Positions 8,888-18,801 of a DNA stretch of 64,000 nt are shown here, one piece after another. The notes beneath the pieces were generated by a model. That model saw nothing but the letters and a program-made list of their open reading frames with translations, searched no databases and was not told the origin of the DNA. The position numbers and the translations under genes are program-made. Where the stretch lies: the NCBI GenBank assembly GCA_964427735.1, contig CAYRUS010000001.1, positions 290,173 through 354,172 on the forward strand, written 5' to 3'. Position 1 is the stretch's first letter. The number at the start of each line of letters is the position of its first letter. The DNA comes from an uncultured Gammaproteobacteria bacterium. Lineage in GTDB: Bacteria > Patescibacteriota > Microgenomatia > UBA8517.

Positions 8888-9838
8888 ATGGACGATAACT
8901 TAATCCAATCAACACAACCAGTAGAACCTATAGACCAAGAAACACAAGCAATTACCAAAGAGACAACAGAAAGCAACCCTGTAAATAATAACTCAAATGA
9001 AAATAATCAAAAAAGAAACTTACTACCAATATTATTGATAGTTGGCGCATTGTTCTTCCTAGCTACTGCTGCTTTAATAGCATTCATATATACAAACAGA
9101 TCCAAACAGGTAGGCACAGACTTAGCCCCTCAAGACATACTTTTACAAGAACCTCCACAAGTAACATCAGAAAACTCAAATCTTGACCAAGATATTTTAA
9201 ATAGATTAATGTTCGAAGAAATAGACGAAGCAGACCCAATCTATGTAAGTGCCTTTGATTTTGAAAGTATAACTGTTGGGAATCTTACCTTACAAATCCC
9301 TACCAGTAACCATCCCGATAATATTACAGAAGTTTCCAATTTCGATGATAACACCTCTCTTGAGTTAGAAAGTGAATATTATGACATCCAAAGGGTACTC
9401 CATCTGAATACCATAAGTGACTATTATGAACCTATTTATAGTAAAATTCTGAATAAGGTTGAAGGTCAATCTTACTCCACAAGCTATGTAAACTTGGCAG
9501 GTTTTTTAAATATAGACCAAATAACAGAACCTGGTATCCAGAGTGAGGCTGAATACACTAATTTAATAAATAACCTCTTTAGTGAAGAATGGTGTGCAGA
9601 ACAATTCGAAGAAGGTTATATATACGAACCACTTGAAAGTACAATTTATAAAACCAAAGATTCTGGAGCATCGATATATAATTATGTTCCACCAATTTGT
9701 GTAAATAGTAGTACTGGAGGTTCACTTCCCACAAACCAATACCTTATTGATAAAAATAATCAGGTATATATATTTGACGAAACGCAAGATCCTTTTCCAG
9801 CATCTGTAATAGAAAAAATACTGGAGAGTATTGACTAA
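8888..9838 (+). CDS. Hypothetical single-pass membrane protein with acidic extracellular domain
   Basis: Disordered N-terminus, one TM helix (LLPILLIVGALFFLA...), D/E-rich body. Confidence 0.75.
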   Translation: MDDNLIQSTQPVEPIDQETQAITKETTESNPVNNNSNENNQKRNLLPILLIVGALFFLATAALIAFIYTNRSKQVGTDLAPQDILLQEPPQVTSENSNLDQDILNRLMFEEIDEADPIYVSAFDFESITVGNLTLQIPTSNHPDNITEVSNFDDNTSLELESEYYDIQRVLHLNTISDYYEPIYSKILNKVEGQSYSTSYVNLAGFLNIDQITEPGIQSEAEYTNLINNLFSEEWCAEQFEEGYIYEPLESTIYKTKDSGASIYNYVPPICVNSSTGGSLPTNQYLIDKNNQVYIFDETQDPFPASVIEKILESID

Positions 9839-9939
9839 AAACTCTCCATTCAATACATTTTTATAATTAATTCTTCATTTTAATAAATTGGATCTTTGAC
9901 TCTGGATCAAAACAATTAAGCTTGTTAGAATAAAAAGAT

Positions 9940-11391
9940 ATGCAATTAAAACTGCCCAACATAAATAACTTTATTCAACTAAAGTGGAACTTGTATATAA
10001 GTGATTTTTTGGACATTCTCATAATAGCTCTGCTAATTTATTCGTTTTTTATTTTTATCAGAAAAACAAGAAGTTATTTAGTGTTTTTTGGATTGGCTAT
10101 CGCCGCCGGATTGTATGTTCTTGCCGACACTTTAAATCTCTATCTCACATTCCTTACTTTGAGATACTTTGCAGGAATTTCAATTTTAATTTTTGTGATT
10201 ATCTTTCAGAACGAAATTCGTAAATATTTTGAATTCTTAGGCCTTATTGGATCAAGGCAAATAAAAGTTAGAAGACTTCCTTCTCAAATACTTTCTATTC
10301 AAGAAATAATTCAAACAGCAGTAAGCCTAGCTCAAGAAAAAGTTGGTGCTTTAATCGTTATCCAAGGAAGAGATAACTTGGATAACTTTATCGAAGGAGG
10401 TATTGCAATTGACGCAATCATATCTGAAGAATTATTGGCTAGTATTTTTGATCCTCATTCCGATGGGCACGATGGAGCAGTAATAATAAGCAACAACCGG
10501 ATAACTAAATTCGGCGCACATTTACCTTTATCTACAAATTTTAAAGCTTTGGGAAAGCACGGAACTCGCCATAGTGCTGCTCTTGGTCTTGCTGAAAATA
10601 CTGATGCATTTTGCATTGTAGTTTCCGAAGAAAAAGGCAAAATTTCAATTTGCAGGGAAGGCAAAATAAATACTCTTTCTCAATTCTCTGACCTAGAAAA
10701 GCACTTAAACAAATTTATGAGAGAAAAGTTTTCTCATAGCTCAGAAAATATATTTTGGTATTTATTCAAACACAATCTAGGACTAAAGATGGTATCAGGG
10801 CTTTTTGCAATTTTAATTTGGTACTTAATTGCATTTCAAACAGGCATCACCGACAACACTTATAGTGTACCGATTAGCTTGACTGAGGTACCAGAAAATA
10901 TAGTAGTAGACAGTTATTCACCTAAAGAATTAAACATAACAGTTAGTGGCAGAGGAGAATCTGCCTTTTCTGGTGTAGATACTGAAAGTTTCAAAATATC
11001 AATCCCAGTAGAAAATCTAGGTAATGGTATTAATCAAGTATCAATAGCACGTAAAGATATTACAATTCCTAATAAACTTTCATTTAAATCAATAGAACCA
11101 AAAACTATTCTTTTTTCTGTAACTAAATACAATTCTCACGACGTTCCTGTGGTGGCGAATATAACAAATACACCAAGAGGACCTGAAGTAAAAGAAATAG
11201 TAGTAACTCCTGATACCGTTGGGATTTGGGTCCCAGAAGGCAGACCTAGTCCACAAGAAATTACAACAGAAACAATTGATATATCAAGAATAGAAGAGTC
11301 TGTAATAATGCCTGTAAAACTTGTAATTCCTGACAACATGAGGCTTGTTAATGGTGAAGGCACTGTTAATGTCGCAATAACTATCGAGTAA
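9940..11391 (+). CDS. cdaA: Diadenylate cyclase CdaA fused to YbbR (CdaR-like) domains
   Basis: Three N-terminal TMs, DAC motifs HDGA and GTRHSAA, fourth TM, then YbbR-type beta repeats. Confidence 0.88.
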   Translation: MQLKLPNINNFIQLKWNLYISDFLDILIIALLIYSFFIFIRKTRSYLVFFGLAIAAGLYVLADTLNLYLTFLTLRYFAGISILIFVIIFQNEIRKYFEFLGLIGSRQIKVRRLPSQILSIQEIIQTAVSLAQEKVGALIVIQGRDNLDNFIEGGIAIDAIISEELLASIFDPHSDGHDGAVIISNNRITKFGAHLPLSTNFKALGKHGTRHSAALGLAENTDAFCIVVSEEKGKISICREGKINTLSQFSDLEKHLNKFMREKFSHSSENIFWYLFKHNLGLKMVSGLFAILIWYLIAFQTGITDNTYSVPISLTEVPENIVVDSYSPKELNITVSGRGESAFSGVDTESFKISIPVENLGNGINQVSIARKDITIPNKLSFKSIEPKTILFSVTKYNSHDVPVVANITNTPRGPEVKEIVVTPDTVGIWVPEGRPSPQEITTETIDISRIEESVIMPVKLVIPDNMRLVNGEGTVNVAITIE

Positions 11392-11528
11392 ACTTTTACC
11401 TATTGCATTTTGCTGCAAAAGATTTATACATAAATTAGATATAATTTTGTGGGAAAAATCACTTCCTGCCTACTTCCTAGAATTCAGCCCCAACTGATTG
11501 ATCTTTCGTGCAAAGGAGGTGATTATTG

Positions 11529-11603
11529 ATGGCTGCAAAGAAAAAGGCAAAACCAAAAACTGCTGCAAAGCGTAAACCTGCAAAAAAAGGAAAAAAGAAG
11601 TAA
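11529..11603 (+). CDS. 24-aa Lys/Ala-rich peptide MAAKKKAKPKTAAKRKPAKKGKKK
   Basis: AAGGAGGTGA SD, upstream TATAAT, own terminator. Confidence 0.75.
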   Translation: MAAKKKAKPKTAAKRKPAKKGKKK

Positions 11604-11620
11604 TTTTCTTTTATTCTAAA

Positions 11621-11659
11621 AATAGCGGTATGCTAGAAATTAGTATGCCGTTATTTGTT
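11621..11659 (+). terminator. Terminator after the Lys-rich peptide
   Basis: AATAGCGGTATGCTA/TAGTATGCCGTTATT hairpin. Confidence 0.7.
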
Positions 11660-11974
11660 GTTGAAAATCTATTGTTTACTAATTTGTAGGAGGTAAATCC
11701 ATATTTAAATCTAAACTCTACAAAGAGTACAGACGATTTTCAATTATCGACTTTATCGGTTCGATGAATCACTGGGAAAGTGTGTATAAACAATAACACC
11801 ATCAGATCTGGTATAAGATACACTATTTTATCTAAGTATTCCCTTTCCTGACTCGGATCTTTTAAATGAGCTTCCCTCACTGCTTCCATAATTATTTGGA
11901 TTATAATATAATTTTTAAATATTTAAGCTTAAGCTTGTTAATAGACCAAGTTGTGTCATATAATAAAACGTAAT

Positions 11975-12334
11975 ATGGCAAGGATCCTTCTTGTAGAGGA
12001 TGATGAAAAACTCCTAAAGCTTTATAAAGTCAATTTAGAAAAAGCTAACCATCAAGTCTTAGAAACTGTAAATGGAATGGATGGATATCTTATTGCCAAA
12101 AATGAAAAGCCAGACTTAATACTCCTTGATGTAATGCTTCCCGGTGGTACAAATGGCTTTGATGTCTTAGAAAAACTAAAAAAAGATACTGATACAAAAA
12201 ACATACCTGTAATAATGCTTACAAATCTCGATGGCCAAGAAGAAATAGCGAGTGAAATCGGAGCGCAAGAATATATCATAAAAAGTAATATAACCCCAAG
12301 TGATCTTATTACCAAAGTTAATTCCTTTATTTGA
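11975..12334 (+). CDS. Single-domain response regulator (receiver)
   Basis: LLVEDD, DLILLDVMLP, VIMLTN, YIIK. Confidence 0.92.
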   Translation: MARILLVEDDEKLLKLYKVNLEKANHQVLETVNGMDGYLIAKNEKPDLILLDVMLPGGTNGFDVLEKLKKDTDTKNIPVIMLTNLDGQEEIASEIGAQEYIIKSNITPSDLITKVNSFI

Positions 12335-12450
12335 ATTAACAATAAACTTTTTAACGATCTTTAAGAGCCATCTCTGCAAAACTGTTCATACTATCCCTTG
12401 CAAGTTCATTACAGACAATTAACAGCGGATTTAAAAGTTATCTATATTAT

Positions 12451-13122
12451 ATGTACATGTTAATGAACGCATCCCAGATAGTTGGATTCAATGTAGTAAC
12501 AGAGCAAAATCAGCTTGTAGATCAGGTTAGTGATGTTGTCGTTGATCCTAAAAAAAAGAAACTAGTTGCTATAGTTTTAAGTAAAAATGAAATGACAGGA
12601 TTACAGGTAGTACCTTTTGAAAAAGTTAAAAACATAGCACAAAACCAAGTTGTTGTAAGTTCAGAAAAAGACATTAAGCCTTTTAGCGCAATAGTTAAAA
12701 ACAGTTCTCCTGAAAACAATACACTCACAGACAAAACAGTTGTTACAAATAAAGGAGATAAAATTGGTGAACTGAGTGATGTGTCATTTGATACTTCAAA
12801 CGGAAACGTTAAAAAATTAATTGTTCAGAAAAACGGACAACCACAAGAGATAAAAATAAAAGATATCCAGGCAGCTGATGAAGTCGTTATTATCAAAGAG
12901 AAAAAACAATCTTCTGAACAACACCAAAATACACAAACTCAACAAATGGGAGGGCAACAATCAAATCAGCAGGTAATGCAAATGCAGCAAAAAGGAGGGC
13001 AAAGAACTTCCCAGAATGGTTCACAAGTATTAACAGTACAAGAAAACAGTAACTTAAAAAAAGAAATCAAAAGAGTAACAAATGAAGCGAAACAAAGCTT
13101 AATTCAACTTTTTAAAGGATAA
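12451..13122 (+). CDS. Tandem PRC-barrel protein with Gln-rich tail
   Basis: Two repeats of VVT..G..IG...DV.FD; QQMGGQQ tail. Confidence 0.8.
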   Translation: MYMLMNASQIVGFNVVTEQNQLVDQVSDVVVDPKKKKLVAIVLSKNEMTGLQVVPFEKVKNIAQNQVVVSSEKDIKPFSAIVKNSSPENNTLTDKTVVTNKGDKIGELSDVSFDTSNGNVKKLIVQKNGQPQEIKIKDIQAADEVVIIKEKKQSSEQHQNTQTQQMGGQQSNQQVMQMQQKGGQRTSQNGSQVLTVQENSNLKKEIKRVTNEAKQSLIQLFKG

Positions 13123-13150
13123 TCTGCAATAGTTATCTTAGGCTACACCT

Positions 13151-15589
13151 TTAAGTTGTAGCAAGATAGGTAGGTCTTCTATCTGTTCTTTGTTTAGACT
13201 TTTTGACTAAAGGCCATTTTGTCATTGCCACTTTAAGAACATCTTCAACATTTTCTGCGAATACAAATTTTATATCTTTTTTGACATGATTTGGAACATC
13301 TTCCATGTCTTTTTTGTTATCCTTGGGCAAGATTATTGTTTTTAATCCTGCTCTGTGTCCAGCAATAACTTTCTCTTTAACTCCACCAATTTCTAACGCC
13401 CTACCTCTTAAAGTTACTTCTCCTGTCATACCCACATCTCTTTTAACAGGAACACCAGTCAGAGCTGAAACTAGAGCCGTAGTAATTGCAAGCCCTGCAG
13501 AAGGTCCATCCTTAGGTACTGCCCCTTCTGGTACGTGAATATGTACATCAATCTTTCCTGCAAAATCTTCTTTGAGCCCTAGCAATTGCCAATGTGCCTT
13601 GGACCATGTGAATGCAGCTCTTGCTGATTCTTTCATAACATCTCCAAGTTGACCAGTTAATGTCAGTTTTCCCTTACCAGGCATTAGTGATACTTCAATA
13701 AAGAGAATCTCTCCTCCAGTTGCAGTCACAGCTAAACCTGTAGACATTCCAATCTCATCTTGTTTCTCAGCAATCAAAGACGAGTATCTTGGAGGTCCTA
13801 AGAATTTTCTAACATCTGATTTTGTTATTTTCTTGACTTTCTTGCCATTCTCCACAAATCGTCTAGCTAATTTCCTATTAACTGTGGCTAGATTTCTTTC
13901 TAGACTTCTCACTCCTGCTTCTCGAGTGTAACGGTTAATAATTTCATACAAGGCTTCTTTACTTAACTTTATATCTTTGTCTCCAAGACCATGAAGTCTT
14001 AGCTGTTTTGGCCATAAATGATTTTTTGCTATATGATATTTTTCGTCCTCAGTGTAGCCTGGGAAAGTAATAACTTCCATTCTATCCCTAAGAGGTCCTG
14101 GTATGTTTTCTAGAACATTACCTGTTGCTATAAACATAACCTCTGATAAGTCATAAGGAACCTCTAAGTAGTGGTCTGAGAATTCCTTGTTTTGCTCAGG
14201 GTCCAAAGCTTCAAGGAGTGCACTAGAAGGATCTCCTCTAAAGTCAGAACCAACCTTATCAATTTCATCGAGCATAAATACTGGATTTTTTGATCCCGCA
14301 TCCTTCATCCCCTGGATAATTCTTCCTGGCATAGCTCCTACATAAGTTCTTCTGTGGCCACGAATTTCAGCTTCATCACGAATTCCTCCTAAGGAAATCC
14401 TGGCAAACTTTCTACCAAGTGCCTCAGCAATAGATTTTCCTATTGATGTTTTTCCTACACCCGGAGGTCCAATCAGACAAAGTATGGTTGGTTGAGATTC
14501 TAAAACGTCAGACTTTTTTGTCTTTTGGGACATTTTACCGTTTTTAACTTTCATAACAGCTAGATATTCCAAAATTCTGTCTTTTGCTTTTTGCATTCCA
14601 TAATGTCTTTTATCCAAAACTTTTTGAGCTTTTTTAATTGACATGTCATGGTTATTATCGCTAACCCATGGCACATCAGTAAGCCAATCAAGGTAATTTC
14701 TGATATAACCAACTTCTGGGTTGTGAGGATTTAATTTAGATAGACGCTTAAGCTCTTTATCAGCTTTAGCACGAACAGCTTTAGGCATCTTGCTCTTCTT
14801 GATTTTCATTTTGTACTCTAAAAGATCTTCTTCTCCGTCCTCATCGTCAATTTCTCCCAACTCCTCCTCTATAGTTTTCTTTTTCTCTCGAAGCATAGCT
14901 TTTCTCATTTGATCCTCAAACTTTTTGTGCGTTTTAGCAGAAATTGTTCTTTCTATATCGAGTGCATTTACTTCTCTTGCGAGTAACTCTATAACTTTTT
15001 CTAGCCTCTTTTTAACAGATAGCTGTTGGAGAATTTTTTGCTTATCAGAAAATTTAATTTCAAGTAAAGCTGCAATTTGATCTACCATTTCAGCTGGAGT
15101 CGAGTTTCCGGAAACAAGCTTCATTACAGTCATTATGTCTGCCTGTTTACCGATACTCATAGCCTTTTTGAATATTTCGCCAAGCTTTTTAGCTAATGCT
15201 TTTGTTTCATCTGAATCCTCATCTTCTTCTTCAAGTTCATATACATCAGCTACAAGATATGGCTCGTGAGATACAATTTCATCAATTTTTACTCTTGTTT
15301 GTCCCTTTACCAATGCATGAATTTCACCATCCGCTGGCATCATTTGAGTAATAGTACAGATAGTACCCACTTTATATAGATCTTCCTCTTCGGGGTCTGA
15401 GGTACGAGGATCTTTTTGTGTAACACAAACAATCAATTTGTCTTCATGAAAAGCTGCGTTTATTGCAGATACAGATTTGCTTCTTCCAAAAGATAGTAGT
15501 GTATCTGTATGAGGAAATACAACTGAGCCTCTTATGGCAACTACTGGCAGTCGTCTTTTGTTGATTTTTTCTGTTTTCTTTTCTTTCAT
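13151..15589 (-). CDS. lon: ATP-dependent protease La
   Basis: GPPGVGKT, LDEIDK, PKDGPSAG, GGVKEK. Confidence 0.98.
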   Translation of the reverse strand: MKEKKTEKINKRRLPVVAIRGSVVFPHTDTLLSFGRSKSVSAINAAFHEDKLIVCVTQKDPRTSDPEEEDLYKVGTICTITQMMPADGEIHALVKGQTRVKIDEIVSHEPYLVADVYELEEEDEDSDETKALAKKLGEIFKKAMSIGKQADIMTVMKLVSGNSTPAEMVDQIAALLEIKFSDKQKILQQLSVKKRLEKVIELLAREVNALDIERTISAKTHKKFEDQMRKAMLREKKKTIEEELGEIDDEDGEEDLLEYKMKIKKSKMPKAVRAKADKELKRLSKLNPHNPEVGYIRNYLDWLTDVPWVSDNNHDMSIKKAQKVLDKRHYGMQKAKDRILEYLAVMKVKNGKMSQKTKKSDVLESQPTILCLIGPPGVGKTSIGKSIAEALGRKFARISLGGIRDEAEIRGHRRTYVGAMPGRIIQGMKDAGSKNPVFMLDEIDKVGSDFRGDPSSALLEALDPEQNKEFSDHYLEVPYDLSEVMFIATGNVLENIPGPLRDRMEVITFPGYTEDEKYHIAKNHLWPKQLRLHGLGDKDIKLSKEALYEIINRYTREAGVRSLERNLATVNRKLARRFVENGKKVKKITKSDVRKFLGPPRYSSLIAEKQDEIGMSTGLAVTATGGEILFIEVSLMPGKGKLTLTGQLGDVMKESARAAFTWSKAHWQLLGLKEDFAGKIDVHIHVPEGAVPKDGPSAGLAITTALVSALTGVPVKRDVGMTGEVTLRGRALEIGGVKEKVIAGHRAGLKTIILPKDNKKDMEDVPNHVKKDIKFVFAENVEDVLKVAMTKWPLVKKSKQRTDRRPTYLATT

Positions 15590-15624
15590 TTCTTATTTCT
15601 AAATTGCGATCTTTGAATTTGTAT

Positions 15625-15658
15625 TTAGCAGTCTAGCAGTCACTCTGCTAGTTGTCAA
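15625..15658 (-). promoter_or_regulatory. lon promoter overlapped by a CIRCE-like (HrcA) operator
   Basis: TTGACA-N17-TAGACT on the minus strand; TTAGCAGTC-N9-CTCTGCTAG at 15625-15651 versus CIRCE TTAGCACTC-N9-GAGTGCTAA. Confidence 0.6.
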
Positions 15659-15671
15659 GATTCTATAGTTA

Positions 15672-16151
15672 TTACTTTTTACGAGATAGCTTTTTAACAA
15701 AATTAAATAAATGCAAATTGTCCATAACTATGGCACAAACAACACCAAAAAATGCTCCACCAATAACATCAATGGGGTAATGGACATTTGCTAAAACCCT
15801 CCCCAGAGCTACCAATATTGCCATCAGCACAAAAATAGTACCCGTCTTTTTATCATGAAGCCAAACTATAAATGCTATTGTAAATGCAACCGCACTGTGC
15901 ATTGAAGGAAAGGATGCATCACTTGGGGGAACAAGTGTCAAAGCTTCATAACCATTCATATAGAAAGGTCTGATAGTAGGAAAAAATGTTTTTATCATGG
16001 CAGCTAAAATCCAAACTACAATGCTTCCAATAAATGCATGTATTGCCTGCTCCTTTTTTATTCTTCCATCTATTATCCACAATAAAAGCAAAGAAGCAAA
16101 CATTACCCAAATCAAAAAACTTGCTAAGAATGTTACTAAAATATTACTCAT
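15672..16151 (-). CDS. PAP2-family phosphatase (BcrC-like undecaprenyl-PP phosphatase)
   Basis: K......RP, SFPSMH, RV.ANVHYP.D motifs. Confidence 0.85.
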   Translation of the reverse strand: MSNILVTFLASFLIWVMFASLLLLWIIDGRIKKEQAIHAFIGSIVVWILAAMIKTFFPTIRPFYMNGYEALTLVPPSDASFPSMHSAVAFTIAFIVWLHDKKTGTIFVLMAILVALGRVLANVHYPIDVIGGAFFGVVCAIVMDNLHLFNFVKKLSRKK

Positions 16152-16845
16152 GAATTACAATTCTAGTCCCTTGATTATTATCATTGGATCTAGCCACACT
16201 ACTTTTACTATTCTCAAAATTTGGTCCCACCCAATAATATAGTTTTTCTGCAACCTCATTTGGTAGGTTAACACAACCATGACTCCTTGGAGTACCAAAA
16301 TCATCATGCCAATATGTCCCGTGCAAACCAAACCCTCTCCAACCTGGAATTTTTTCATTTTCAAAAAACATTACCCAAGGTACATTAGGAAGATAATAAT
16401 AGTAGTCCCCCTCTCCTCCTTCCATTTTTGTTGCTCTTAATTTTATCCAGATCCTAAACTCCCCTTGTGGAGTTGGCCACCAAGGTAAACCGGATGAAAT
16501 CGGAGTCTCCAGGAAAAGTGTTTCCCCTTCCCAAGCACGTAACCTTTGTTCAGACAAATCCACATCTATCCATTTTTCTTCTACAGTTGCTCCCAAAACA
16601 TTATCTTGAGTAATTGAATTATCAAATGCTAGGGCAGGCACTTCTAATTTCTTAGATTCAAAAAAAGCAAAATTATCAGTTGGATCAAACTCACCTGACA
16701 GATCAGAGTAAGTACAACCTACCAACTTATTTTGTCCCTTGGCTTTTTGGGGAAACTTGTTGTAATTAACCAGAAAGCTAATAGAGATCATGGATAGAAC
16801 AACCAAAGATAAATAAATAATACGATTGTGTATTTTTCGCTTCAC
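16144..16845 (-). CDS. L,D-transpeptidase (YkuD)
   Basis: LHGTYWH...SHGCVNL catalytic motif; N-terminal TM. Confidence 0.92.
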   Translation of the reverse strand: MKRKIHNRIIYLSLVVLSMISISFLVNYNKFPQKAKGQNKLVGCTYSDLSGEFDPTDNFAFFESKKLEVPALAFDNSITQDNVLGATVEEKWIDVDLSEQRLRAWEGETLFLETPISSGLPWWPTPQGEFRIWIKLRATKMEGGEGDYYYYLPNVPWVMFFENEKIPGWRGFGLHGTYWHDDFGTPRSHGCVNLPNEVAEKLYYWVGPNFENSKSSVARSNDNNQGTRIVIHE

Positions 16846-16910
16846 TAATTGATTATATAATAACCATATTCAACTTTGCCATTTTATACAAATTACGTAT
16901 ACTTAAAAAA

Positions 16911-17279
16911 ATGAGTAGAAAATACAATGTGGTGGGAAGCTTCCGATTTGCCCTAAACGGTTTAAAGACTGCATTTGTAAAGGAACCCAATTTCAGAATC
17001 CACTCAATGATGGCAATTTCTGCAATAATATTAGCTATGTTATTAGATTTTAGTATTGCAGAATGGGTTGTGGTTGTTTTTACTATAAGCCTTGTACTTA
17101 TATTTGAGCTCTTGAATACAGCAATAGAAGCTTTAACAAATTTATTTAGTCCTGAAATTAGTGAATATGCAAAAATTGCCAAAGATGTGACTGCCGCGTC
17201 TGTCTTAATCACTGCTGTAAATGCTGTTGTTGTAGGACTCCTTCTTTATTTACCAAAAGTTATTGCATTACTAAATTAA
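16911..17279 (+). CDS. dgkA: Prokaryotic diacylglycerol/undecaprenol kinase
   Basis: E.NFRIH, ELLNTAIE, AKDVTAASV. Confidence 0.88.
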   Translation: MSRKYNVVGSFRFALNGLKTAFVKEPNFRIHSMMAISAIILAMLLDFSIAEWVVVVFTISLVLIFELLNTAIEALTNLFSPEISEYAKIAKDVTAASVLITAVNAVVVGLLLYLPKVIALLN

Positions 17280-18005
17280 CAAAATAAAAAGACCAACTAC
17301 AAAAGCATAAAAAGCAAAAAACTTAAAACTTTTCCCCTCTAGGAGCTTTAGCAGAATCTTTATAGCAAAGATGCCAGAAATAAAAGAGGCAAGCATACCT
17401 ACAAAATATAATCCTAAGTTTTCGATCATTATCTGATTATTGTTAGATATCTCGAATAGGTTTGCGCCTAATACTACAGGTATTGAAAGAATAAAAGAAA
17501 ATCTTGCAGCTTCTTTTCTATTTAGCCCTGTACTAACACCAGCAAAAATAGTAGACCCTGATCTGGATATTCCCGGTATGATTGCTAATGCTTGAAAAGC
17601 ACCAATTATTAAAGCTGATTTTTTTGTCAGCTTTTTATTTTTGTCCGAGGTGGTATCTGTGCAAAAGTTAAACAGTGAAGTAAGAATAAGAGCTATACCA
17701 ACAAGTTTCAAAGACTCAAAATAACCTCCCACAGTGTTATTAAATAGGATTCCCACTATTCCTGCAGGAATAGATGCTAAAGTTATAAAGAACAATGTTT
17801 GCTTATTAATTTTTGTTAGGTCTTTCCAATAATAAAAAATAACAGCCATTAAGGTTCCCACATGCAAGATCACTTCTAGTAATATTCCAGGTGGCTCATA
17901 GCCTAAAATCTGTTGAAAAATCACAAGATGACCTGACGAAGAAACTGGTAAAAACTCAGTTAATCCTTGGACAATTCCTAAAATTATTATCTTGAAAAAT
18001 TCCAT
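17271..18005 (-). CDS. uppP: Undecaprenyl-diphosphate phosphatase BacA/UppP
   Basis: QGLTEFLPVSSSGH, PGISRSGST. Confidence 0.95.
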   Translation of the reverse strand: MEFFKIIILGIVQGLTEFLPVSSSGHLVIFQQILGYEPPGILLEVILHVGTLMAVIFYYWKDLTKINKQTLFFITLASIPAGIVGILFNNTVGGYFESLKLVGIALILTSLFNFCTDTTSDKNKKLTKKSALIIGAFQALAIIPGISRSGSTIFAGVSTGLNRKEAARFSFILSIPVVLGANLFEISNNNQIMIENLGLYFVGMLASFISGIFAIKILLKLLEGKSFKFFAFYAFVVGLFILLI

Positions 18006-18022
18006 GCGAGGTTGGCAGTCTT

Positions 18023-18688
18023 TTATAAAGTGTACTCTTTCCAATTATCTTTAGATAATTTAGATAATTCAACAGCATTATCGATTGTATATTCTCCTAT
18101 TTTTGTTCGTCTCAAGTTTTTTAAATATGCACCTGTTCCCAACTTTTCCCCAACATCTCTAGCAATTGCTCTTATGTAAGTCCCACTGGAAACTGTTGTT
18201 TTTATTTTTAATAGTGGAAAACTATAATCAATCAATTCAATTGAGTGAATTTCTATATCACGTTCTTCTAAATTTACTTCTTTACCTTTTCTTGCTAGAT
18301 CATAAGCTTTTTTGCCTTTAACTTTTATTGCAGAAAACACTGGCGGTTGCTGCTTTTGTTTTCCTAAAAATGAGTCTAAAATATTTAATATTTTATCTTT
18401 TTGTGGTTTTTTGATTAAATTTCTTTGGTCTATTATTTCTCCTTCTTCATCATCTGTGCTTCTAACTTCACCTAAGTAAATTTCTGCTATGTATTCTTTA
18501 GTTTTGTTTTTAGAGATATCACCTAGTTTTTTTGTTCCTTCTCTGGTAATTCCGATTATCAGCAAACCTGTCGCGTTTGGATCTAGTGTTCCCCCGTGTC
18601 CGACTCTTTTTATTCCTGTGATTTTTCTAATTTTATCAACTACGTCGTGAGAGGTAATTCCTTTTGGTTTATCAATAAGTAAAAGCAT
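18023..18688 (-). CDS. truB: tRNA pseudouridine(55) synthase
   Basis: DKPKG.TSHD, GHGGTLDP.ATG, SGTYIR. Confidence 0.96.
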   Translation of the reverse strand: MLLLIDKPKGITSHDVVDKIRKITGIKRVGHGGTLDPNATGLLIIGITREGTKKLGDISKNKTKEYIAEIYLGEVRSTDDEEGEIIDQRNLIKKPQKDKILNILDSFLGKQKQQPPVFSAIKVKGKKAYDLARKGKEVNLEERDIEIHSIELIDYSFPLLKIKTTVSSGTYIRAIARDVGEKLGTGAYLKNLRRTKIGEYTIDNAVELSKLSKDNWKEYTL

Positions 18689-18751
18689 AAACTATATACT
18701 ATTATATATAAGGATTTTATTGTGAACGAAATTATATTTATTGGAACGTTT

Positions 18752-18788
18752 TTGTGCCTTTGACAAGACAGAAGCACAAGCATATAAT
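18752..18788 (+). promoter_or_regulatory. Consensus sigma70 promoter with overlapping inverted repeat
   Basis: TTGACA(18760)-N17-TATAAT(18783); TTGTGC...GCACAA brackets the -35. Confidence 0.75.
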
Positions 18789-18801
18789 ACGAACATAAAC
18801 C

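Noticed and set aside
11740-11889. 49-codon minus-strand ORF (MEAVREAHLKD...)
   Set aside because: No motif or SD; cannot be told apart from chance or a remnant
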